A DNA stretch of 32,613 bases, from the NCBI GenBank assembly GCA_030643145.1, contig DAOWMJ010000001.1, positions 1 through 32,613 of the forward strand, in the 5' to 3' direction. Under the pieces are notes generated by a model. The model was not told the DNA's origin and made no database searches. It saw nothing but the letters and a program-made list of their open reading frames with translations. Of this stretch, positions 1 through 7,990 are shown one piece after another; position 1 is the first letter of the stretch, and each line of letters opens with the position of its first letter. Position numbers and translations under genes: made by a program. Source of the stretch: Candidatus Latescibacterota bacterium. GTDB taxonomy: Bacteria > Krumholzibacteriota > Krumholzibacteriia > Krumholzibacteriales > WJIX01.

Positions 1-2
1 AA

Positions 3-1901
3 ACCACTCCGGAGGATTATCGCGAGCTCGGGCTAAAGAGCGGGCTTGAAATCCATCAGCAGCTTCTTACCAAAAAAAAACTTTTCTGTCGCTGCCCCGT
101 TGTCGATTCATATACTGATGACTATGACGCTGAAATATTAAGACACATGAGACCGACACTCTCCGAGCTGGGCGAATACGACGGCACAGCGCTTATGGAG
201 TTCAAAACAAAAAAAGAAATCATCTACCAAATCGACGACAAAACCGTCTGTACATATGAAATGGATGACACACCCCCCTTTGAACTAAACGAACAGGCAC
301 TTGATATAGCTCTTGAAATTACCATGCTGCTTAACTGTAAACTTGTAGGTGAAATCCACATAGCAAGGAAACAGTACCTTGACGGATCAATTCCCACGGG
401 GTTTCAGAGAACAACCATCCTGGGTGTGGATGGATCGATTCCATATCGTGGAAAAAAAATCAGAATCATTCAACTTGGCCTTGAAGAAGACGCGTGTAGA
501 GAAATCAGTGACAAGGGGCACAACAGAGTCTACAGAGCGGACAGGCTTGGTATTCCACTGGTCGAAACAGTTACAATGCCGGATATGAAAACACCACAAG
601 AAGTCGCCGAAGTCGCTCAGATTTTAAGGTGGCTCGTTCGTTCTACAGGGAAGGTCCGGACAGGAATCGGCGCTGCAAGGCAGGATGTTAATGTATCAAT
701 AAAAGGCGGGCGCAGAGTTGAAATAAAAGGAGTATCCGGGATACCTACGATCCCGCTGCTCGTACATAACGAGGCTTATCGCCAGCGGGCTCTTCTTGAT
801 ATAGCCGACGAGCTTAAAAGAAGGAAGATAACTAAAGACAGCTTCCGCTCAGAGACTAAAAAAATAACTGATATTGTAAAAAACACCCTATACTATCCTG
901 TAGCCGAAACAGTTAAGAAAAATGAGGAAGTATTTGCCGTTCTTCTTAAGGGATACCGTGGAATTATGTCGACAAAAACACAACCCGAAACGACATTCTC
1001 TAAAGAGATATCAGATCGCGTCCGTGTAATTGCCTGCCTGGACAGACTTCCTAACATCGCTCATTCCGACATGGAAGGCGAAACATTTTCAAGTTCGGAA
1101 TGGACAAGAACAAAAAAGAAGCTCGGCAGTGAAGAAAATGACGCGATTGCTGTTGTCTGGGGAAATCGGACAGATATTCAAACAGCGATAGAAGAGATTA
1201 AGATACGGGCCATAGAGGCCATTGATGGCGTCCCTAACGAAACACGTCAATCCTTGCCGGACGGAACAACCGCATTTGAGAGAATCCTGCCGGGGCCAAA
1301 CAGAATGTATCCCGATACCGACCTTCCACCGATCGAGATTACTGAAGAAAGGATCGGGAGGATAAAGAACACACTCCCCACCCCCCCCTGGGAACTTGAG
1401 AAAAACTACAAAAAAGAGGGGCTAAGACCGGCATTAGCAAAGAGAATGAGCATTTCGCCAAGAAGACATCTTTTCGATTCCACCCGGGGAATAACCTCTT
1501 TTGACAATCAATCTCTTGCCTTTTTCATTCTCGAAAAACTCAATTACTTGTCAAAAAATGGAGTAATTCCAAACTTCAGCGAAAAAATCTTTCTATCCAC
1601 TTTAAATCAAATGGAGCAAAAAGAACTCCCACTGGAGTTTTTATCGAAACTGCTGGAAGAAACATGTTCCACCAACCCTACCTCGCCGGCCGAAGCCATT
1701 TTGAAAATCTCTCTTCTTAAAGGCAAAAAGGCTGAAAGTGAAATCATCAAATTTCTAAAATCGATTGAAATCCCGGAAATAGAAAAAGGCAAATTAAGAA
1801 ACTATCTTACGGGAAAAGTTCTGGAACATTACAACGGCAGAGTAACGGGAAAAACAACGTCGACGATTGTCGGCGAATTTGTATCTTCATTCAAAAAATA
1901 A
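3..1901 (+). CDS. gatE: Glutamyl-tRNA(Gln) amidotransferase subunit E (archaeal-type GatE), 5' end cut by window edge
   Basis: Frame 3 is open from nt 3 and reads TTPEDYRELGLKSGLEIHQQLLTKKKLFCRCP. The GLEIHQQL...KLFC stretch is the GatB/GatE N-terminal signature. It continues in frame into the listed ORF 147..1901. Total length is in the ~630-aa GatE class, with an AspRS-like insertion and a helical tail. Confidence 0.85.
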   Translation, partial: TTPEDYRELGLKSGLEIHQQLLTKKKLFCRCPVVDSYTDDYDAEILRHMRPTLSELGEYDGTALMEFKTKKEIIYQIDDKTVCTYEMDDTPPFELNEQALDIALEITMLLNCKLVGEIHIARKQYLDGSIPTGFQRTTILGVDGSIPYRGKKIRIIQLGLEEDACREISDKGHNRVYRADRLGIPLVETVTMPDMKTPQEVAEVAQILRWLVRSTGKVRTGIGAARQDVNVSIKGGRRVEIKGVSGIPTIPLLVHNEAYRQRALLDIADELKRRKITKDSFRSETKKITDIVKNTLYYPVAETVKKNEEVFAVLLKGYRGIMSTKTQPETTFSKEISDRVRVIACLDRLPNIAHSDMEGETFSSSEWTRTKKKLGSEENDAIAVVWGNRTDIQTAIEEIKIRAIEAIDGVPNETRQSLPDGTTAFERILPGPNRMYPDTDLPPIEITEERIGRIKNTLPTPPWELEKNYKKEGLRPALAKRMSISPRRHLFDSTRGITSFDNQSLAFFILEKLNYLSKNGVIPNFSEKIFLSTLNQMEQKELPLEFLSKLLEETCSTNPTSPAEAILKISLLKGKKAESEIIKFLKSIEIPEIEKGKLRNYLTGKVLEHYNGRVTGKTTSTIVGEFVSSFKK

Positions 1902-2172
1902 TACTTAAACAAATAGTAATGTTTAGTTCTTTATTACACTAAAAAGTCTCATCTCGGGGGCTATATAAAATTCGGACATTTTAATAAATTCTTTGCCTGT
2001 TTTTCACTTCCACTCATCCGATTTTTCATATATATTATCGATTGAGAAGTGCGGTGAAAATTGCGCTTGAGAAATATTTGGTTAAAACGATGAACCCACA
2101 CCCTATGGATAGAGGTGATCAGTTCTGGATTCCAATACCTACAAGGGATACAGCGGAGAAGCACTCGGTTGT

Positions 2173-3510
2173 TTGAAAGACTATTCAGCCGCGGTTTGGA
2201 GCGATGTTGAAGTAGAATCATCTAAGGGAAATTTCAAAGGGATAGTTTTGCCGCGGTCTGAAACAGCGGATAACAAGCATGTAGTTTTGAAACTGCACAA
2301 CGGTTACAATGTGGGACTTAACGTAAACACCATCACATCGATAAAGATTCTTGGGAAAAAGGAAGCGCACTATAAAATTCCCGAAAAGAAATTCCCCACC
2401 GACCCGGGAAAGTCAAATGTTAAACTTCTCGGTACAGGGGGTACAATCGCGTCACGTCTTGATTACCGGACAGGAGCCGTTATCCCCGCTTTCTCTCCGG
2501 GGGAATTATACGGTTCCGTACCGGAACTCGCCGACATATGTAATCTCGAAACAGAAAAACTCTATGGTGTATTTAGTGAAAATATGGGGCCCGAGCAATG
2601 GACAGGAATAGCGAAAAAAATCGGAGAAGAAATTGAGAAAGGGATTGACGGCATTGTGATCGGTCACGGCACCGACACAATGCATCATACCTCGGCTATC
2701 TTATCCTTTATGGTTCAGGATCCACCTGTTCCTATAGTAATGGTCGGCTCTCAAAGATCGAGTGACAGGCCATCAAGCGACGCGGCTATCAATCTGATAA
2801 ATGCCACCAAAACAGCTGCTAATAGTGATTTCGCCGAAGTAATGGTCTGTATGTTCGGACCGACTAGTGATCAATACGGATTGCTTCACAGAGGAACGAG
2901 AGTGCGGAAAATGCACTCTTCCTACCGTTCTACTTTCAGGACGATAGGGGATATCCCGCTTGCAATAGTTGAAAAGGACCGCTTCATTCCCCTGCGAAGC
3001 GATTACAAAAAGAGAAGAAAAGATAATAATGTAAAGATAATCCCCTCGTTCGACGACAGAGTGTCTATCGTCTATTATTATCCCAACATGAAACCTGACA
3101 TCATCGAATCATTGATCGATAACGGATATAAGGGAATTGTCATTGCCGGTACGGGGCTTGGGCACGTTAATAAACCCCTCTACCCTTCTCTTAAAAAGGC
3201 TTGTGATATGGGTATCCATATATATATGTCCGTTCAAACCCTCTGGGGATATGTCCAGATGTATGTTTATGATACAGGGCGCGATATCATGAACCTTGGA
3301 GTAATTCCCGCGGCGAACATGCTGCCGGAGGTAGCGTATGTTAAACTTGCCTGGACTCTCGGCCAAACCCAAGACCGCGAAGAAGTTAAAAAAATAATGC
3401 TCACTCCGATTGCCGGCGAGATAACCGAACGGGAACCTCATAATGGATACCTTATATACCAGGGCGGAATTCCTGAAGTAGAGGAATTTATCAGCAAGTA
3501 TAAAAAGTAA
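2173..3510 (+). CDS. gatD: Glutamyl-tRNA(Gln) amidotransferase subunit D (GatD, asparaginase-type glutaminase)
   Basis: Asparaginase-family motifs LGTGGTIAS and GHGTDTM are present, along with QRSSDRPSSDA and the GatD-type N-terminal domain (VVLKLHNGYNVG). The only canonical in-frame start is TTG at 2173. The frame is open back to 2119 with no ATG/GTG/TTG. A GGAG lies 14 nt upstream. Confidence 0.85.
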   Translation: MKDYSAAVWSDVEVESSKGNFKGIVLPRSETADNKHVVLKLHNGYNVGLNVNTITSIKILGKKEAHYKIPEKKFPTDPGKSNVKLLGTGGTIASRLDYRTGAVIPAFSPGELYGSVPELADICNLETEKLYGVFSENMGPEQWTGIAKKIGEEIEKGIDGIVIGHGTDTMHHTSAILSFMVQDPPVPIVMVGSQRSSDRPSSDAAINLINATKTAANSDFAEVMVCMFGPTSDQYGLLHRGTRVRKMHSSYRSTFRTIGDIPLAIVEKDRFIPLRSDYKKRRKDNNVKIIPSFDDRVSIVYYYPNMKPDIIESLIDNGYKGIVIAGTGLGHVNKPLYPSLKKACDMGIHIYMSVQTLWGYVQMYVYDTGRDIMNLGVIPAANMLPEVAYVKLAWTLGQTQDREEVKKIMLTPIAGEITEREPHNGYLIYQGGIPEVEEFISKYKK

Positions 3511-3863
3511 CGTATGTGTTGACCTGCTCACAGGGGGCTACATAGTCACATTTAATTATTTCTATATCTAATCATATAATTCCATTTAATTGATCATCCC
3601 GGGCGCAAAGGATAGTACTCTTCCGTTAAGATAACCCCCAAAACGTAAACAAATATTTACAATTCCGTATTTAAAGGCTTACAGTGTATCTTATTATAAT
3701 GTCACATGTTATCTAATTTACATTTTATTTGTAAACTATTTTTTACGTTTCATTTATCCACTCTATTATTGCACTCCCAAATTAAAATATTATCACATCT
3801 CTAACTTATTTATTAATCGCATCTTACAATATTTAAGAAATTATTAGAAACAATAAGGAAGTT

Positions 3864-3879
3864 TGGCACAACTCCTGCA
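3864..3879 (+). promoter_or_regulatory. Sigma-54 (RpoN) -24/-12 type promoter motif
   Basis: The sequence is TGGCAC-aactc-CTGCA, against the consensus TGGCAC-N5-TTGCA. GG (3865-3866) and GC (3877-3878) have the canonical spacing. It sits ~58 nt upstream of a strong-RBS micro-ORF, inside a long AT-rich intergenic region. Confidence 0.5.
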
Positions 3880-3937
3880 ATTACAGGGAATCAGAAGAAG
3901 TCATTAGAAACTTTAAACAACAATAAGGAGGTTAGAA

Positions 3938-4018
3938 ATGTTTTACTTCACAAATATCGCACTTATCGTAGCTCTTCTTTCAGCCGGTAAAGCTGTATGG
4001 GGAAAAGCAGTCTGGTAA
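3938..4018 (+). CDS. 26-aa hydrophobic micro-protein MFYFTNIALIVALLSAGKAVWGKAVW (unknown function)
   Basis: An AAGGAGG Shine-Dalgarno (3926-3932) lies 5 nt before the ATG. One predicted TM helix is followed by a tandem GKAVW GKAVW. The two repeat copies differ only at three synonymous third positions (ggt/gga, gct/gca, gta/gtc). The unit is flanked by its own promoter motif and a hairpin. It is too short for the supplied ORF track. Confidence 0.5.
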   Translation: MFYFTNIALIVALLSAGKAVWGKAVW

Positions 4019-4073
4019 AGTTATATGAGGGAAACCAGCCCGTGGTTCTTAATAAATTATGTATAATTGTTCA

Positions 4074-4110
4074 GGGGAAGCGGAAACATCACTGATGTTA
4101 CCGCTTCCTC
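4074..4110 (+). terminator. Strong hairpin / probable intrinsic terminator of the micro-ORF transcript
   Basis: GGGGAAGCGGaAACATC-act-GATGTTaCCGCTTCCTC forms 16 bp (one G-U) with a single A-A mismatch and a 3-nt loop. It is followed by AATATTTTA and lies 56 nt after the stop codon. Confidence 0.6.
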
Positions 4111-4344
4111 AATATTTTACCCCTGACATTCATCAACCTTACTATTTCAAGATCGTGTAACAGAACAATTCCGCGTAATCACCCGAACGAAAACTTTATT
4201 GCTTACTTTTTCGCGAAAATATGTTACCAAGAAATATGGCCTGCCAGTTAAAATGACGCGGCATTAACCTTTGATTGCACTCATATATGGCGATAGATGA
4301 TCGATCACGGCTCAAACGCTATTTTTGTAAAAGGCGGCAAAATA

Positions 4345-5328
4345 ATGTCTAAATTCACTACTGATGTGAGAAGAGAAACCATTGAAGCTGAAAAGAAAAT
4401 CAGAGATTCAATAAGAAAGACACCCCTCCAATACTCACCGTATCTAAGTAAAGAAAGTGGCGGCAACGTTTATTTAAAACTTGAAAACTTCCAGGTTACA
4501 GGTTCTTTCAAGATCAGAGGAGCTATTAATAAAATCCTATCGCTCGACGACAACTCCAAAGCAAATGGACTTGTAACATCTTCAACCGGAAACCATGGCG
4601 CCGCTTTTATCTGGGCGCTAAGGAAATTTAAACTCAAAGGAACAATATTCGTCCCGGAGAATATATCCAGCGCAAAACTGGAAATACTCAGGCTCTATGA
4701 AGCGGACATTGAATTCTTCGGTAATGACTGTGTGCTCGCTGAAATGAGAGCGAGAGAGATTGCCAAGGAAACCGGACGTGTATATATTTCACCATACAAT
4801 GACCCGAAGATTATAGGGGGCCAGGGGACGGTGGCAATGGAAATTGAAGAAGAGACGCATGGTATAAGGATTGATTCTGTTCTGGTACCTGTGGGAGGAG
4901 GTGGCCTTATCAGCGGAATCGGCGGCTATCTGAAAGAAACGCGTGAAATGATTAAAATCACAGGATGCCAGCCGGCCCGCTCAGCCGTTATGGCAAAATC
5001 TGTCAAGGCGGGAAGAATAGTTGAAATGGAATCAGAAGCAACGATATCCGACGCAACCGCCGGAGGCATTGAGGCAGGATCGATAACATTTGATATATGC
5101 GAAAAATATATTGATGATTTTATTCTGGTTTCCGAAAATGAGATCAAGGAAGCGATAAATCTTATCCTCCGCAAACATTTCATGTTGATCGAAGGAGCCG
5201 CCGCCCTCCCGGTTGCTTCTTTTCTGAAAGAAAAAGAAAGATTTCAAGGAAAAAACACAATTCTTATACTAAGCGGAGCCAATCTGGACCCAGATCAATT
5301 AAAAGATATTCTTTCCCGACCATTTTAA
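4345..5328 (+). CDS. Threonine/serine dehydratase (PLP fold-type II, short form without ACT regulatory domain)
   Basis: TPLQYSPYLSK...VYLKLENFQVTGSFKIRGAINK carries the PLP-lysine SFKxRGA motif, and a GGGGLISG glycine loop is present. The ATG at 4345 is preferred over 4297 because of the AAGGCGG upstream. Confidence 0.8.
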   Translation: MSKFTTDVRRETIEAEKKIRDSIRKTPLQYSPYLSKESGGNVYLKLENFQVTGSFKIRGAINKILSLDDNSKANGLVTSSTGNHGAAFIWALRKFKLKGTIFVPENISSAKLEILRLYEADIEFFGNDCVLAEMRAREIAKETGRVYISPYNDPKIIGGQGTVAMEIEEETHGIRIDSVLVPVGGGGLISGIGGYLKETREMIKITGCQPARSAVMAKSVKAGRIVEMESEATISDATAGGIEAGSITFDICEKYIDDFILVSENEIKEAINLILRKHFMLIEGAAALPVASFLKEKERFQGKNTILILSGANLDPDQLKDILSRPF

Positions 5329-5395
5329 TTATAATACCACGAAACAGCAAATAGCAGATTGCAACCCATAAAAAGATTAGCCTGGAAGGCCGGCA

Positions 5396-6301
5396 ATGTC
5401 TTCATTCCGATACTGGCTTAAAGAACTTAGAGCTGAATTCCTCACTGGAAGCATTATCCCAGTGCTTCTCTCCACGGCGCTTGTCCGGTTTGAAACCGGG
5501 ACTTGGAGTCCTCTTCTGTTTACACTGACACTCCTCGGCGTGATATTCCTTCATTTGGGAGCCAACACAGCCAACGACTATTTTGACCACCTTTCCGGAA
5601 ATGACATTGCCAACACAGAATATATAAGACCATTTACAGGTGGAAGCCGCCTTATCCAGAAAAAACTCATTTCACCGGGTGAAGTTCTTGCAACATCCAT
5701 TTTATTTCTGACCGCGGCGTTAATTGTCGGTATCTTCCTTGTGTCTATGGCAGGTATCGCCATATTATATTTTGGTATTATCGGCGCCATATCCGGCTAT
5801 TTCTATACGGCTCCGCCTTTCAGATTTTCTCACAGGGGGTTTGGTGAATTTGTTGTTGGTATGGGATTCGGACTTATCGGAATAGGGACCTATTTCGTGC
5901 AAACAGGAACTATATCAGGCCACTGCGTTATTTTATCACTTCCTCTCGCTTTCCTTATAACTTCAATAATTGTTATAAATGAGTTTCAGGACAGTAAAGC
6001 CGATTCAAGTGTCGGGAAAAGAACTATCGTCGTCAGAATGGGCAAAAGGAAAGCAGTTTATCTTTTCGCCGCTCTCACTATCGCTTCGTATATTCCAATA
6101 ATTATTGGAACGGTAAGTGGCATTTTGCCGGCACTGACGCTCACCTCACTGGTCACCCTGCCGATTGGAATAAAAGCCATTTGGACCGCGAGAAAGTTCT
6201 ATAATGAATCCGGATATCTCGCCCCCGCGAACGGATCGGCAATACTAAATCATCTTCTTACCGGAATAATTCTGATTATCGCTTATTTTCTAGCTGGATA
6301 A
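5396..6301 (+). CDS. menA: UbiA-superfamily prenyltransferase, 1,4-dihydroxy-2-naphthoate polyprenyltransferase-like
   Basis: This is a polytopic membrane protein. The first Asp-rich motif is ANTANDYFDHLSGND (MenA-type NDYxD) and the second is NEFQDSKADSSVGKRT. A GGAAGG lies 6 nt before the ATG. Confidence 0.65.
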   Translation: MSSFRYWLKELRAEFLTGSIIPVLLSTALVRFETGTWSPLLFTLTLLGVIFLHLGANTANDYFDHLSGNDIANTEYIRPFTGGSRLIQKKLISPGEVLATSILFLTAALIVGIFLVSMAGIAILYFGIIGAISGYFYTAPPFRFSHRGFGEFVVGMGFGLIGIGTYFVQTGTISGHCVILSLPLAFLITSIIVINEFQDSKADSSVGKRTIVVRMGKRKAVYLFAALTIASYIPIIIGTVSGILPALTLTSLVTLPIGIKAIWTARKFYNESGYLAPANGSAILNHLLTGIILIIAYFLAG

Positions 6302-6305
6302 AAAA

Positions 6306-6977
6306 TCAACTTATAAGCCCAAGCTTTTTGCGTGTTTTTAAAACTCTGTCTACGATCTCTTCCTTCGAATCTGCGATGTGAAGAAGATCTAAATCTTTAG
6401 ATAAAATCTTGTTCTCGGCCAGCATCCTGTTCTTTACCCAATCGATCAATCCTCCCCAATAATCCTTGTCCAGCATAAAGACCGGAAATGGCGCGATCTT
6501 ATGAGTCTGAATCAGTGTGAGTGCTTCAAACAATTCATCCATCGTACCAAATCCTCCCGGAAGAATCACAAAAGCCATTGAATATTTGATAAATACAACC
6601 TTGCGAACGAAGAAATACCTGAAGGAAATAAGTCTATCTATGTATGGGTTTGGCTCCTGTTCAAACGGGAGTTCAATATTGAGCCCGATCGACAGGCCTT
6701 TACCTTCCTGAGCTCCCCGATTGGCCCCTTCCATAACACCTGGGCCACCACCGGTAATAATTGGGCAACCATGAGAGGCAAGCTCTTTCGCGATATATCT
6801 GGCATCTTTGTAATTGGAATCGTTTTTTTTCGCGCGGGCTGACCCAAAAAAAGTAACACCGGGATTTACATCCATCATATCTTCAAAACCGTCCACAAAT
6901 TCCGCCATTATTCTGAACAGTCGCCACGATTCTCTGATATTAAAATTGTCTATGAGATATCTTTTTTCAATATCCAC
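6306..6977 (-). CDS. LOG-family (TIGR00730-type) nucleotide phosphoribohydrolase
   Basis: Motifs GGGPGVMEGANRGA and PGGFGTMDELFE (the LOG PGGxGTxxE signature) are present. The start is GTG. The stop lies only 4 nt from the convergent menA-like stop. Confidence 0.85.
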   Translation of the reverse strand: MDIEKRYLIDNFNIRESWRLFRIMAEFVDGFEDMMDVNPGVTFFGSARAKKNDSNYKDARYIAKELASHGCPIITGGGPGVMEGANRGAQEGKGLSIGLNIELPFEQEPNPYIDRLISFRYFFVRKVVFIKYSMAFVILPGGFGTMDELFEALTLIQTHKIAPFPVFMLDKDYWGGLIDWVKNRMLAENKILSKDLDLLHIADSKEEIVDRVLKTRKKLGLIS

Positions 6978-7189
6978 TGCAGATCTCCATTCTCCCAGGT
7001 GTAGTAACCTCGCCGGTTGTATTCCGTAACAAGATAATTTTTGTTTAACCTTCCCTTAAACTTAAGCTAAAATGCCAGAATATATCAAGAGCTATTAGCA
7101 ATCAAAGAGTTAAAAAAACTTGATTCGTTATTTCAAAGAGTTAGTTTATCATGTACATTTCCAGTTAACATTCAGCCGGAAGAAAAGAT

Positions 7190-7918
7190 ATGTTTCTGCC
7201 ACTTAAAGACATTAATCCCACAAGCAGAAAACCTCTGATCACTATATCTCTGATAGTAATAAACGTACTTGTTTATCTTTATCAAATATCTCTGGGTTCT
7301 GACAATGCCGCTCTTATAGCGTCTCTTGGAACTACCCCAGCCGAAATCGTGAAAATGAAAGATCTGGTAGGCCCTTTCGGGTATCATATAAGACATTACC
7401 CTGGTCCAAACCCGATCTTCCTTACCCTCTTTACTTCCATGTTCATGCACGGCAGTCTGCTGCATATCGGCTCAAATATGCTCTACCTGTGGATTTTCGG
7501 AAATAATGTGGAAGATATTCTAGGGCCATCAAAATTTCTGTTGTTTTACATACTCTGCGGACTCATCGCGCATGCCATGCATATCGCGTCAGATCCATCC
7601 TCGATAATTCCAACTATAGGAGCGAGCGGGGCGATCTCGGGGGTAATGGCCGGATATCTTATGGTATTTCCACGAGCGAGAATCGTCACACTTATGTTCC
7701 TTTTTATCTTTATCAGACTAACGGTAGTACCGGCTTACGTTATCATTGGATTCTGGTTCGTGCTTCAAATCTTTAACGGATTCGGATCACTGGGAGGAGT
7801 TCAAACGGGCGGCGTTGCCTGGTTCGCCCATATAGGAGGCTTTCTCGCCGGTATAGGACTTATCCTTGCCATGGCCGGCGACAAGATATACTGGTTCCAG
7901 AAACACAGGTACCATTAG
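7190..7918 (+). CDS. Rhomboid-family intramembrane serine protease
   Basis: There are six or more TM segments. Motifs are HGSLLHIGSNMLYLWIFG, the catalytic GASGAISG (GxSG), and AHIGGFLAG (HxxGxxxG). Confidence 0.85.
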   Translation: MFLPLKDINPTSRKPLITISLIVINVLVYLYQISLGSDNAALIASLGTTPAEIVKMKDLVGPFGYHIRHYPGPNPIFLTLFTSMFMHGSLLHIGSNMLYLWIFGNNVEDILGPSKFLLFYILCGLIAHAMHIASDPSSIIPTIGASGAISGVMAGYLMVFPRARIVTLMFLFIFIRLTVVPAYVIIGFWFVLQIFNGFGSLGGVQTGGVAWFAHIGGFLAGIGLILAMAGDKIYWFQKHRYH

Positions 7919-7990
7919 ATAGAATGCACAATTAACGATAGGATTCAATTGCTGATACGAAACAGTCTGTACGCAATTATAAAATAGATT

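Noticed and set aside
2090-2174. The frame-2 ATG ORF (MNPHPMDRGDQFWIPIPTRDTAEKHSVV) just upstream of gatD could mean a frameshifted, longer gatD. The gatD frame is also open back to 2119.
   Set aside because: The frame-2 peptide has no GatD-like features. The TTG-start product already begins about where archaeal GatD N-termini begin (…LKD…GD.V.V). A CTG at 2125 is the only upstream possibility. I treated this as start-codon uncertainty, not as a frameshift.
1961-2221. An 86-aa minus-strand ORF fills the gatE-gatD spacer.
   Set aside because: It has no RBS and no motifs, and it overlaps the gatD start. Its composition is Arg/Asn/Ser-rich, typical of a random ORF in AT-rich spacer DNA.
3938-4344. 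The micro-ORF could be a branched-chain amino-acid leader peptide attenuating the downstream threonine dehydratase. It contains the run IALIVALL and is followed by a terminator hairpin.
   Set aside because: I found no segment able to pair with the terminator's left arm to form an antiterminator. The hairpin is 235 nt from the dehydratase start. The dehydratase lacks the biosynthetic ACT domain. Sigma-54-type promoters are not typical of attenuated ilv operons. I kept this only as a minor alternative.
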